The notes below the pieces were generated by a model that was given only the letters and a program-made list of their open reading frames with translations, had not been told where the DNA came from and did not search any database. Of a DNA stretch of 64,000 nt, positions 17,535 through 30,569 are shown one piece after another. The position numbers and the translations under genes are program-made. The stretch is from Octopus vulgaris (Eukaryota). Each line of letters starts with the position of its first letter. Positions within the stretch are counted from its first letter, which is position 1. The stretch spans positions 196,416,001 through 196,480,000 of the forward strand of contig OX597814.1 of NCBI GenBank assembly GCA_951406725.2, in the 5' to 3' direction.

Positions 17535-17835
17535 GGCGACGTGTGTTTCAGTTGACCCGATCAACAGAACAACCTGCTCGCCAGATTAATGTGCAAGCGG
17601 ATGGGCCCTCCTCAAACACGCGTACTCTTCATGTAGTTGTCGGGGAGAATCAACGTGACACAAAATATAGCAAGGACGGCCCTTCGTATTACAAGCACAA
17701 CTCATTTTTGTCAGTTGAGTTGACAGGAGCAACGTGACATAAAATGCTTGTTTAATGACAATGCGTCACCACGAATTGAACTCACGACCTTACGATTATG
17801 ATCGAATACCCTCGCCACTTAATCACATGCATTCA
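17535..17835 (-). mobile_element. SINE family D, degenerate
   Basis: Similar to 39427-39747. Confidence 0.7.
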
Positions 17836-17879
17836 CTCGAATGATTGCAAGGCATTAAGTAAGAGGTGAGTTGGAAGAA

Positions 17880-18110
17880 GCGGTGAGCTGGCAGAACCGT
17901 TAGCACGTCGGGCGAAATGCTTAGCGGTATTTCGGCTGCCGTTACGTTGTGAGTTCAACTTCCGCCGAGGTCGACTTTGCCTTTCATCCTTTCGGGGTCG
18001 ATGAATTAAGTACCAGTTATGCACTGGGGTCGATGTAATCGACTTAATGCCTATGTCTGTCCTTGTTTGTCCCCTCTATGTTTAGCCCCTTGTGGGTAAT
18101 AAAGAAATAG
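17880..18110 (+). mobile_element. SINE family B, full length, apparently nested in an older B-like copy (continues to ~18230)
   Basis: GGTGAGCTGGCAGAACCGTTAGCACGTCGGGCGAAATGC..GAGTTCAACTTCCGCCGAGGTCGAC..TAAAGAAATAG; degenerate B sequence resumes after it. Confidence 0.88.
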
Positions 18111-18969
18111 GTACACTGTTGGATAGAATGCCTAGCAGTTAACTTCCTGCCCTTCGCAGCCTGAGTCCAATCTCGCCAAGGTCAAATTTTCTCTTCATCA
18201 TTTCAAGTTTGACAAATGAATTACCTGTAGTTAAAGGGATTATTCTTTCACCTCATATTTAACATTGGCAAAAATTGACTGCGTTTTCATCTTGAAAGGC
18301 TGCGCACTACTAGGATCCTACAAATTTAGCGATCATTGAGATAGCGAGGAAAGATATTTCAGGTGAATTTTGTTAGCACACAGTATTAATGTTTAAATCA
18401 GTATTCACATATTTTCTTCTCCCATAGTTATGGGTGTAATGTTGAACAACCACTTCCTAAGGACTCACCAATTATTAATTAATTTTGCACAAGAAAAGTA
18501 TGGCAGACAACTACGAAACTTACATTAACTGAAGGCAAAATTATGTAAGGAACGGGAATGAATTTGATTTTCTGTATGAAAAGTGAAAATTCCAGATATA
18601 TATTTGTCACTTTAGAAAGTAATTTATTTTCAAATATTCTTGTAAGTTATTACCCTTATCAATGTTTGTTCACTCCCAGCTCTATATATCTCTGAGCCAT
18701 CGTAGATCTGACAAGGGTGAGAAGAACTGCGTTGCTGAGGAGGCGTAATGCGATCGAAACATTCTCAGAGTTGTCACTTTCTACCACAGATCGGACTCCC
18801 TAGCTATTAGATATTGACATACATTCATTAATTCAAAATTTTGGTTTATCTTTTTTATCTTTCTTGAACAGAATTAGTCTACAATTTCATGTCATTTCGT
18901 TTCAATATGAATGGCGCTCACTACCTTATGTGTGGTCATATCGACTTAATTATATTCAACGTATTTCCA

Positions 18970-19520
18970 GACGATGTATGTGGTTAGAGCGTCGGGATCA
19001 CGATAATGAGGTAATACCTCTATGCACGCCGGGCGAAATGCATAGAGATATTTCGTCTGCCGTTACGTTCTGAGTTCAAATTCCGCCGAGGTCGACTTTA
19101 CCTTTCATCCTTTCGGGGTCGATTAAATAAGTACCAGTTACGCACTGGAGTCGATATAATCGACTTAGTCCCTTTGTCTGTCCTTGTCTGTCCCCTCTGT
19201 GTTTAGCCCCTTGTGGGTAGTAAAGAAATAGATAATGAGGTAGTGATTTTGATTCCCGGACCTGGCTGAGTGTTATGTTCTTGAGCAAGACACTTTATTT
19301 CACGTTTCTCCAGTTCACTCAGCTGTAGAAATTAGTTGCGACGTCACTGATGCCAAGCTGTTTCGGCCTTTGCCTTTCCTTTGAACAGCGGTGGTGTGGA
19401 GAGTAGGGATGGTATGCATGGGCCACTGCTGGTCTTCCATAACTTGTGCTTCGGAAGGGGTAACATTCTAGGTGCAATCCCATGGTCATTCATGACAGAT
19501 GGGTGTCTTTACCCTTTTAT
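18970..19520 (+). mobile_element. SINE with family D head/core and a distinct tail, interrupted by SINE B (19014-19230, 12-bp TSD)
   Basis: GATAATGAGGTA at 19002-19013 and 19231-19242; core TTGAGCAAGACACTTTATTTCACG..CACTCAGCTG. Confidence 0.82.
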
Positions 19521-20267
19521 TCTTTATCCTATGTGTCTGAACATATATCAATGAGTGAACGGGAGGGAGAAAGCGTAAATGGGCGTGTGAGAAACAAAGA
19601 GAGAACGTGAGATATTGGTACTAAATTGAGTAACTGAAAAACTATTTTGTTATATACCACACGCGAATATATCAATTTACAGCTGAATTTGTTTCAAACA
19701 CAGCACTATGAACACACACACACACACATACACACACACACACACACCCACACACACACTTAAACACACACACACATGCATAAGATGTTTTCGATACAGA
19801 AGGGATTCATTTACAATTTCTTTTAGTCATTATCAGAAATACCATCGACATCTCCACTGACATTGATGCTAGATAAGATAATTTGAAACCATTTATATAT
19901 ATATATTCCCATAGATACTTTCAAGCAGGTTCAGGGTTCATTTGTGGTCCTTTAATTCTCAAATACTAATCTTAAACTCTTCGATGCTTCATTTGTTGAA
20001 TGTAAGATATGATATTAGAACTTGATATTTTGGATAGTTGCCAGCTACACGCTTATCATTGAGAATGCATTTAAATTAAAATGGTGGCCTTAAGAATATG
20101 ACAAAATACTCATTGTATGACATCTTCGTATATATCAATTTTATGATATTTAGAATAAACCTTATCTGATATTGATTTCTATATGATCTATCTACTATGA
20201 TGACATATTCTCACCGCTCCACAAAAAATCGCAATACCAACCGGATCCTGCTTGTAAATTTGGGCCG

Positions 20268-20324
20268 TCCATAAACTTTAATACAGTAAACAAACTGTTT
20301 GTTTACTGCATTAAAGTTTATGGA
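20268..20324. repeat. 57-bp hairpin (28-bp arms, one mismatch)
   Basis: TCCATAAACTTTAATACAGTAAACAAAC-T-GTTTGTTTACTGCATTAAAGTTTATGGA. Confidence 0.9.
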
Positions 20325-20654
20325 TGTCATAAGCTGCTGAAATTAATGTGCATATTATATGCCCACGCGTCTTTTATGTAAAAAAATATGGTACTTAATA
20401 TGTACCTCTTAAAAAGATCAAGATCTAATGAAGGAATCTCTTCGACAGACTTGACTCAAGAGTAACGGATCAAATAGTTCAAATCACATCTTGCTATCTC
20501 ATTGTTACCATCTCGGAATACATGCGATTATACAATTGTAGATATTTTCTACGTTTGAATTAAAGAAGAGCTGGTATACTTTTAATCGTAATTAATTTGA
20601 TAGAACAATCGATCTAAGATCACGACTGATCAGGGATGTAAATAAGAACGCTAA

Positions 20655-20817
20655 GAGTGGCTGTGTGGTAAGTAGCTTGCTTACTAACCACATGGTTCCG
20701 GGTTCAGTCCCACTGCGTGGCACTTTGGGCAAATGTCTTCTACTATAGCCTCGAGCCGACCAAAGTCTTGTGAGTGGATTTGGTAGGGGGAAACTGAAAG
20801 AAGCCTGTCGTATATAA

Positions 20818-20882
<65 letters not shown>

Positions 20883-20885
20883 TGT

Positions 20886-20929
<44 letters not shown>

Positions 20930-21121
20930 TTCTGTGTCTGTGTATGACCCCTTGACAACCGAAGCTGGTGTGTTTACGTCCTCGTAACTTAGCGGTTCGG
21001 CAAAGGAGACCGATAGAATAAGTACTAGGCTTACAAAGAATAAGTCCTGGGTTCGATTTGCTCGACTAAAGGCGATGATCCAGCATGGACGCAGTCAAAT
21101 GACTGAAAAAAGTAAAAGAGT
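20655..21121 (+). mobile_element. SINE family A, full length
   Basis: GTGGCTGTGTGGTAAGTAG (A-box-like), GGGTTCAGTCCC (B-box-like), internal (TA)n(TG)n, GTAAAAGAG tail. Confidence 0.93.
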
Positions 21122-22948
21122 AACATTTCATAAAGGAAATATGAATTCCATATCCTGTAAAATTAACGGTTTTATTCAGAAGTGAAGAGCCTACGCACAG
21201 TTACTGTACACTATTGCCACACAATACACCATAACATGCTTTATTCAAGTGTTACATAAAGATCAGGTATTCTATATTTTAAAGTGTTTTTTTTGTTTCG
21301 CTTTATGTTTAAAGGTTATTTTTAAAAATATTTCCCTGTCATGGAATAGATCCTTCTCGCAGCTAATCGTTGCCTGATCCCTTATTTGGTATCTTCTAGA
21401 TATGGAAACATGAGAAAGAGGCATTTGTTTTGTTAGCTATTTCTAAAAGTTTGCTTCAACAATACGGAAGATAATGAACAAGTTATTACTTTTTATAATG
21501 GTATTTTTTCGAAATATAATTTACTTTATTCGATACTGGATAGTTTGAAATCCATCGGAAGCTTTTAAATACGCTTTTATTTCATTCTATTGTCGCTAAA
21601 TATACTTTCTTAATAGCAGGCTTTGTGTATGGAATTCGACATTTTCTCGCTATCTTTCTTTTGCATGTTTTCACTCCAATATAACCACCCCGAATTGTAT
21701 ATATTCAACCCACAGTTTATTATAAGAATAGTTAGAAAGTTGATTCCTATTATATCCCTCTGTGTGTGTGTTTTTTTTTTTATCCAGTTTTAAATATTCG
21801 GCTAATAATATTCTTTATTAACCGATTCTTTAAATCTGGGATTGTTATATTCTCTCTATTCATCCACAGCTATTTCTAAAGCTGTTTTATGCCTAATTAT
21901 CTGTCAGTACCCAGAAATATAACATTCCTTAATTTTTGCACGTTTTTTTTCTTTATTCAAGGTCACCTTAGCAATTTGAATCCATGTTGTGGTGTAATCC
22001 CTTTGGAAACCATATTTTTCAATAATAGGATAACTACGTCTTCACCGTGTTTAACAAACTACTTCAAGTTATTTATAAGAAATGAATTGTTACTCCTTTC
22101 GAAGTACCACCATTCTATCAAGGTTAATATATTGATTAGGGAAATTAGCACTCTAATAAAGAACGTTGTTGAAAGAAACATCTTGGGAATAAGGTTAGTT
22201 TAATGCTAATTTAGGTTTCGTGTTTGCTCTAAATCTGTACAAATCATTTGTAGATGTACAAAGTATTTTCATTGTTGATAATGTTTTGGTAATTAATTCG
22301 CGATAATTCTTATATTGGTTTGCAAAGATCGTAGTAGAAGTGTTATAAACTTTTGTAGACGGAGAAGTTATTGATGTGTCAACACCTTCTTTAACACCTT
22401 GTGTATTTCGATTTCCCTTTGGCGAGAGATTTCAATATTATATGTCGATCTTTCATTACGACCAATTCATTATAAACAGATTATTCATAATTATCGTCTC
22501 CGTACGTTAGAAAAACAGTCAGTTCTCAAACTGACAAATACTGGACATGCACCGCACCGCATTATTAGTGCTATATTCTCTCACCCTGCCATCTTTACTA
22601 ATGAGAAGACAGAATTCTATTTGCATCCTCATAATTCTTTCTTTGTCATGGTGTTGAGCAAGATTATAAAAGTGGAAAGCATCGTGATTTTATTAAATAT
22701 AAAAATTCGACCATCCATTTTCAAATCTTACGGTTTCCCCCCATGAAAGAAACGGCATTAGAAACGGTACTACTTCTCGTTGAATATATATGCTTCAATG
22801 CATGAAGTGAATAATGATAACTCACCGCGGAGGAAGTATTCGCTTAACACTTTCAAATGCAGCTACCAGGAGAGAAGTTGCATTTGTGCCCCCAACAATC
22901 TACAGAAGGAACACAGGAGATTGGAACATACAATGTGTCTATATACAT

Positions 22949-23365
22949 ATATTTCTTTACTACCCACAAGGGGCTAAACATAGAGGGGACAAACCAAGAC
23001 AGACAAAGGGATTAAGTTGATTACATCGACCCCAGTGCGAAACTGGTACTTTATTTATCGACCCCGAAAGGATGAAAGGCAAAGTCGACTTCGGCGGAAT
23101 TTGAACTCAGAACGTAACGACAGACGAAATACCTATTTCTTTATTACGCACAAGGGGCCAAACATAGAGGGGAAAAACAAGGACAGATAAACGGATTAAG
23201 TCGATTACATCGGCACCAGTGCGAAACTGGTACTTTATTTATCGACCCCGAAAGGATGAAAGGCAAAGTCGACCTCGGCGGAATTTGAACTCAGAACGTA
23301 ACGGCAGACGAAATATCGCTAAGCATTTCGCCCGGCGTGCTAACGGTTCTGCCAGCTCGCCGCCT
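22949..23365 (-). mobile_element. SINE family B tandem dimer (full copy plus 5'-truncated copy)
   Basis: ~185-bp unit repeated at 22949-23132 and 23134-23315, then the 5' head to 23365. Confidence 0.9.
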
Positions 23366-24129
23366 TAATGTGTTGATATATATAGGTGTTGTATTTTACA
23401 TGGCATTATACATAAGTTTGTCCGAAACTAAAAGCCTGTGCGTTATTAACATCTCATATCAAGTAATTTCCATATAAAACTAGACAGTACATAAGTGATA
23501 TTCGAAAATGTCATGGGTAGAAATAATATTCTTACACTTCCAAACACATTTTAAAAGTGCATTCACTTTTCTCAAACTCATCTCCTTTGATAATTAATCG
23601 TTACTGTTTTACATTCTCTTCGCTCAATTGCTTACAATAATCAGTTGTATCCGGTTCTTGTATTAAATTTACTTCTTTGAAATGCAAATCATTCGTATGA
23701 GATTGGTATTATAAACAACAACGTTTGACAGTTGATGCAAATTGTCTGGTCTAAAGTGTGTCTGAATTATATAGTTACATTACCGGGCAATATAGAAGAT
23801 ATTTTGAAATTGCACACTATTTGGTACATGACACAGAGACGCCATGGGCATATCAAAGAATAATTAAATTAATGTTAGTATATTTAAGGCTGTGAACACT
23901 GAAAGAAAAGCAAAATAAGTAGAAATAATTTTGTGGCGCGGAAAATATAATCAATAGAAACCATTCACTAAGATGACTTACATTTTTGGCAGATAATTTT
24001 CGGTTTGATTATGAATTCATCAGTGAAGCTCTTTCCAAAATAGTAATAGCCGCATCACTTCGTAAATGAACAATACATACATACATACATACATACATAC
24101 ATACGTACGTACATACATACATACATACA

Positions 24130-24162
<33 letters not shown>

Positions 24163-24163
<1 letters not shown>

Positions 24164-24342
24164 GGCACAGGTGTGGATATATGGTAAGTGAATTGCTTCC
24201 CAACCACATGGTTCCGGGTTCAGTCCTACTGCGTGGCACCTTAGGTGAGTGTCTTCTACCATAGCCTCTGACCGACCAAACCCTTGTCAGTTAATTTGGT
24301 AGATGGAAATTGAAAGAAGCCCATCGTATATGTGTGTTTCTT

Positions 24343-24381
<39 letters not shown>

Positions 24382-24598
24382 ATGTGTGTGTGTTTGTGTG
24401 TCTATGTTTATCTCCCCAACATCGCTTGACAACCGATGCTGGTGTGCATATGTTCCCATAACCTAGCGGTTCGGCAAAAGATACCGATAGAATAAGTACT
24501 AGGCTTACAAAGAATAAGACCTAGTGTTGATTTGTTCGACTAAAAGGCGGTGCTCCAGCATGGCTGCAGTCGAATGACTGAAACAAATAAAAGTAAAA
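24163..24598 (+). mobile_element. SINE family A
   Basis: Head, internal (TG)n and tail as in other copies. Confidence 0.92.
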
Positions 24599-24677
<79 letters not shown>

Positions 24678-25607
24678 ATATATTATTGAGTCTGAGGAAA
24701 GTCATTGTGTTTTATTGCCTTATACATCAACACACTCACCGGTTTGTTTGTATGTATATATTTATTTATTTATTTATATATCATTTTTTTCATATTGGTG
24801 TTGGTGCAGAGGATTAGCAGAACAATCTAGGAGAAAAAAGATGTAATCCAGCTAACCATTGAGATAGAAGCGTCTTTAAAGTCACAATAGATAAGGTGTA
24901 TTTATAGGCGTTGTGAAAACTAATGGGTTGAGTATTGTTTACCATGATAGCGCATCTGGAACATAAGCTAGAGCTTGATTATCCTTCACGCATTGGGTGA
25001 TACACACAGAGCCTCTGATTGTTGAAACAAGCGAAGCACAACGTGGTCTCAGGTAACATCAATTCTGATGTATCCACAAGAAGCAGTATATGATATCAAG
25101 TATTATGTACGTACGAGGTACGATTCCACTTCTGTTTCTGCTTTTCTCTTCCTCTCTGTTTCATAAATGTATATTTCTATGTAATTATGTATATAAACAT
25201 TATCGGTCGCATGTGTTTCGTTTATACACCAACTTGTTACGAGATAGCGTACTGGTAAGGGTCCTTACACGATGCCCAGTACTAAAGGACACTGAATGCC
25301 CCAAACAGTAGAGATTACTCGCTCAATGTGATCGTGAAAGACAGAAGTCGATATTTCGCTATTGTTTTAGCTCCTCAGCACCAGTTACTGGATTCACCTT
25401 GAAACGAATTGAACCATCGGTGTGGGACATGTATGCAAATAGTGTTAAGTCTATTTGTTGTTGTGCTGTGGCCTAGAACATGTGAAACAAAATTAAATCT
25501 CGAATTTAAAGCAGGTCCGTACGTCATTATACATTATCGGTCGCACATCTTTCTCTTCTTTAATTTGTTTGGGATATAAAGTTAAATAGAGCAGGGACTG
25601 CTGAGAA

Positions 25608-25712
25608 GAAGAAATTGTGTTGCAATGAATTTATATACTCTGAGCCTGAATTGAATACCTCTTTCACAATTTAGGCTCACAACGTATAAATTCACTGCAA
25701 CACAATTTCTTC
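25608..25712. repeat. Imperfect hairpin (~45-bp arms)
   Basis: GAAGAAATTGTGTTGCAATGAATTTATA..TGAGCCTGAATTG / CAATTTAGGCTCA..TATAAATTCACTGCAACACAATTTCTTC. Confidence 0.8.
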
Positions 25713-25994
25713 TCAACGTTGTTTGGACAACGCCGGTGGTACATTCTCTACATTAATCAAATGATGTAGCTCTCAGTAGCTGATGTTGCTTCGTTTGAGA
25801 GATCAAAGCTTCAATTTTTTTATGGCGGTCCCAGTAATCAAGATTCATCGTCTTTTGTTTTTCTCTTACTAGTGAGTGCCCTGTAGGATGACTCAATTCT
25901 CTTATTGTCTTGTTTAGTGAAGAGAGCAAAAGTATTCTAGATGTGGCTATTCAAATGAGAAGTAAGTACGTACATCACACACACACACACACAC

Positions 25995-26028
<34 letters not shown>

Positions 26029-26562
26029 TGTTTAAATTTATATAATTTATAAAGTAAAAGATGGACAGCGTGTTCTTAATGGCATCGCAACATTTGTCAA
26101 TATAAAAGTAAGTGTAAATATTTCTAAGCCGAAACCAGGAAAACTGAAGTCTATCCGTGAAGAACTACAACGGACATTCGTTTTCTTGTTCTTCTCTTTT
26201 CAGTTCAATTCATTTCTCAGTAACAAATTTATAGATACGCTGATGTCATTGACGTCCGCCTCTCTATCCCTTAATTTTACTTTCATTTCCTCGACCGCCA
26301 CCATTTCTATAGTTGCGGACCAATCAAGTCTTTTCAGCAGACAATGGAAATAACGAATCTGTTGATAATAAATCATTAGCTTCCTAATCTCCATTTACTT
26401 TTCTACTTTTAACTGTATAGAATCTATGTTTAATATATACATATTTTTAAGGGAATTTAATTAACCAACAATGCTACGTATTGAACCACTATTTCCTTGG
26501 ATTTTAACCATCTCTTCACGAGGTTAACATATCCTTTAATACTATATATATCTCTTTCTCTT

Positions 26563-26949
26563 TCTCTTTTTATTTGTTTCAGTTATTTGACTGGGGCCAT
26601 GCTGGTGCACCGCCTTTAGTCGAGCAAATCGATCCCGGGACTTATTCTTTTTAAGCCCAGTACTTATTCTATCGGTCTCTTTTACCGAACCACTAGGTGA
26701 CGGGGACGTAAACACACCAGCATCGGTTGTCAAGCAATGCTTGGGGGACAAATACATACACACACACTTATATATATATACATATATACGACAGGCTTCT
26801 TTCAGTTTCCGTCTACCAAATCCACTCACAAGGCATTGGTCGGCCCGGGGCTATAGCAGAAGACACTTGCCCAAGATGCCACGCAGTGGGACTGAACCCG
26901 GAACTATGTGGTTGGTTAGCAAGCTACTTACCACACACCCACTCCTGCG
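26563..26949 (-). mobile_element. SINE family A
   Basis: Full reverse-complement match. Confidence 0.92.
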
Positions 26950-27171
26950 TCTATATATATATATAAATTTAAAATAAAAATAATAAGGGTGAAAAATTGA
27001 ATATCAATTTGATTAATATCAATTTAAAACCAGTGATCTAGCATATTGAAATCTGAGGATACAGAAAAATTATAATACATACATATAAGTGGGATACGTT
27101 CTCAAGAAAATTTTAGCAAACGGCAGAACGTAAGTGAGCAAGACAAATGAAAAGAAACAACAGATAGATTA

Positions 27172-27238
27172 ATCACAAACTAGTTTCGCTATTAACACTT
27201 ACGTAATTACTTACGTAATTGTCCGTAGCTCGTGTGAT
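27172..27238 (-). ncRNA. Degenerate minimal hammerhead-like motif (core partly deleted)
   Basis: Minus strand ATCAC-ACGA-GCTA..TAGC-GAAA-CTAGT T-TGTGAT: stem I, stem II and palindromic stem III ACTAGT present. Confidence 0.5.
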
Positions 27239-27380
27239 CGTCTTCGCAAATATAATTTGCAGAACTATACATCCGCATGAGATTGAACAAGTATACAGTT
27301 CTACTAATTACACTTGGGGTTATCTTTCAAAAGTCTTCGTTTTGGCGCGGATCTAGTTGTAGGATATGGACGTCCACGTT

Positions 27381-27471
27381 CCTTTCAGTTTCCGTCTACC
27401 AAATCCATCACACAAGGTTTTGACTGGCCCGAGGCTATAGCAGAAGGCACTTGCCACGCAGTCACTCCTGC
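27381..27471 (-). mobile_element. SINE family A head fragment with internal deletion
   Basis: CTTTCAGTTTCCGTCTACCAAATCC..GAGGCTATAGCAGAAG..CACTCCTGCG. Confidence 0.75.
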
Positions 27472-28402
27472 GCAAGACACACACACACATGCACACACAC
27501 ACATGCACACACACACACACACACACACGCACACACATATATATATATATATATATACACGCATATATATTTATATACGTATATATATATATATATGTAT
27601 ATATGTGCATGTATGTGTAAGTGTGTGTGTGCGCATGTATGTATGTATATGTATATTTTTATGTTTGTACGTATTTAAACAAAAGTTTCCCAAAAATTCT
27701 CTTGATACAGCCATAATATTTGTAAAAGAAAATGACGAATTTTTGAAAAAAAATTTAAAACCAGTCATTATATAAAAATATTTTAAAAAACAAAATTAAC
27801 ACAGAAAACATTTTTTCAGGAGTTTTGTTTTAATATACTTTCATTAAAAATATTTATATACCCAATGATTTTTTTAAACTTGAAAATTTTTTTTACCCTC
27901 TCTATAATATATATCTGAATGAGTGTGTGTGTGCGTGCGCAAAGAATCGTACACATGCGCGCGCAAGCGTGCGGATATCAGAATTATTTGTTTAGACATG
28001 GTAACAGAGATCTGATGATCTAGTTTTCTTTGTTTATATTGCCTTGAAAATATAGAAACCTACAAGCACAGTAGTGAGCCCACTTATCAATTAATGCGAA
28101 AGTGCATGCACGATGTCTTTCATATTGAAATTAACACCAAAAGATTAATATTGCAGAATGGCCCTATGGAAGTCACGTGGTTAAATTAATACATTCGCCT
28201 CTCATACCTCCTAAGGTATATATATATATATATATGTATGTATATAGATATATGTATGCGTATATATATATATACATGTATGTATGTATGTTTCTAAATG
28301 TATGATATGGAAGAGAGTGTATTGAAAACATGGATGCTAACTTGTAAAATTTCATATCTAAACTTTAGTTTTAATTATAATTAAAACTAAAGTTTAGATA
28401 TA

Positions 28403-28788
28403 CTAGCAGTATCGCCCGGCGTTGCTCGGGTTTGTTTCGACTGCTGCAATTGGAATTTTTGAACTTAAAAATTTTGCATTATGTAACTTGTTATTCTCTT
28501 CAAGTGAACATTTTTCTGGTTGAAATACACTGAAAAGTGGCTACACAGCAGTGAAAAATCGTAAAAAACAGGGATTTTCATAGAAAAAAGCAACTTTTTG
28601 ATGTAAATAAGTTTTGGTGTTAACATGGTTCGATTTGAATTTTATCTTCTACAGAAGGAAGAGCAAGCCTTCGTCTATCATACTCTGAATTTTGGTCAAC
28701 TTGCGCCGCAGGGTTTCGGAGGAGATACTGTTAGTTGAAGGCTACCAAACCTGGCGCACACAGACAACTTCAGCTTTATATAGAGAGA
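28403..28788 (-). mobile_element. Non-autonomous Helitron
   Basis: Minus strand starts A|TCTCTCTATATAAAG, ends with hairpin CCCGAGCAACGCCGGG then CTAG|T; no TSD; related ends at 58737-59108. Confidence 0.8.
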
Positions 28789-29479
28789 TACACACATATT
28801 AATACATATACATACACACACACACACATGTATGTATGTATGGATCTATGTATATATGTACATCTGTCCACTTCTTGCCATATTTTTATCCTTCACTTCC
28901 TACACACACACATTCACACACACACACACACACGCAGATACACACACACAACTGCACGCACACACACACACACATACCTTCTTAGCTTACAATTTCTTTC
29001 TTTCAACAATTGACAACTGAAGTGCGCTCGCAAATTAATACTACAAAAACTTAGCGACAGAAAGTAAATTAAAAACCAATTTACCTTTTCTGTTGAGTTA
29101 TGACAATTCGAACGTCTGATTTCCTTAAATCCCTCTCTTTTCTTCAACTGAACTTAGTTCCTATCGTTTCTTAAAGTCCTTTGTGAAATCTAGGAGTGTT
29201 TTTTTGTTGTTGTTATTTCTCGAGAAAGTTTTGTTTCCTCGACACTAAAAACTAACGGGAAGGAGACAACAGTCCCAGTACAATTGGTGTAATAGTGTAA
29301 CTCATAATGTGAGCGGCTAGCATCTACTCACCATATGTCAGTGAATTGTGTGTGTTTTTTGCAAATGTGTTCGAATAAGAAAGTGAATTGTGTTTGGCGC
29401 CTTTTTTTTACTAATAACAAACACACACGTGTCTGTGTGTGTGTTTGAGTGTTTGTATGTAGTTGTTTGAAACGTTTGT

Positions 29480-30057
29480 GTTTGTCACTGTCATATATGT
29501 ATATGTTTGCGTGTCTAGGTGTGTAAAGAGAAAGTAGGAGAAAGTGTGGTAATAGAAGGAGTGAAGCATTTGAAGTGAGAGAGGGAAATCGTAAAATATT
29601 GAGTTTTCTCGAATTTTTGCTTAATTGGGGGTCAAATTGAAAGAAATTTATATGCCATGACCCAATGGAATGTACTTCTAAAAATCATAGTTAAATTCTA
29701 ATTGAAGAAATTGTGTGAGGAGTAAATCGTTATGTATTTGTTTGTTTGTGTTCCCTCTGTATTTTTTTTTTTTGAGTAGTGGTTTAAGGTACACTTGCAA
29801 AGAGAAAGTAGGAGAAAGTGTTGTAATAGAAGGAGTGAAGCACTTGAAATGAGAGAGGCAACTCGTAAAATATTTAGTTTTCCCGAATTTTTGCTTAATT
29901 GGGGGTGAAATTGAAAAAAATGTATATGCCATGACCCACTCGAATCTACTTCGAAAAATCATAGGTAAATTCCAATTGAAGAAATTCTATATTGTACAAA
30001 TGTACTAAAAAGAAACATAGTCACAGGCAGAGAAAATCTGCCTTTTATCATAAGAAG

Positions 30058-30059
<2 letters not shown>
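29480..30059 (-). mobile_element. Probable Helitron-like fragment with ~190-bp direct duplication (~29525-29715 / ~29799-29985)
   Basis: Direct repeat visible; minus-strand start A|TCTTCTTATGATAAAAGGCAG resembles the other Helitron 5' ends; 3' end not found. Confidence 0.5.
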
Positions 30060-30101
<42 letters not shown>

Positions 30102-30107
30102 GTGTGT

Positions 30108-30300
30108 ATTCTTCTACTTGTTTTAGGCATTTCACTGCTGCCATGCTGGAGCACCACCTTTTTGTCGAAGAAATCGACCCCAGGACTTATTCTTTGTAAG
30201 CCTAGTACTTAATCTATCGGTCTCTTTTGCCGAAATGTTAAATCATGGGAACATCGGTTGTCAAGCGATGTGGTTGGGAGGGACAAACACAAACACGTAA
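30108..30300 (-). mobile_element. SINE family A, 3' half
   Basis: GCCATGCTGGAGCACC..GACTTATTCTTTGTAAGCCTAGTAC..GGTTGTCAAGCGATG. Confidence 0.85.
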
Positions 30301-30569
30301 ATACAGTAATACCCACAAACATATACTTATGATTTAGTTGAATAACGTACTTAAATTAAGGCACCTTGCTAATCCGCTATAATCTGTACACCCACAAAAT
30401 ATCATTTGAATTTTTATTATCAAGCCTCTATGTAAGGTTACTTGTGCCCTCTCGTGTGTGCAGACACAGTACCTCAGCTAAGTGAAGATATCCGCTCTTG
30501 GTAATTCAGATGTGACAATATAGATAAGTAACAAAGATGTATGTATAGGTGCCAATTCATGTATCGATA

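Noticed and set aside
21400-22750. Possible decayed Penelope RT/GIY-YIG coding region (also AT-rich 32200-34000 and 38800-39350)
   Set aside because: No motif recoverable with confidence; needs TBLASTN/HMM.
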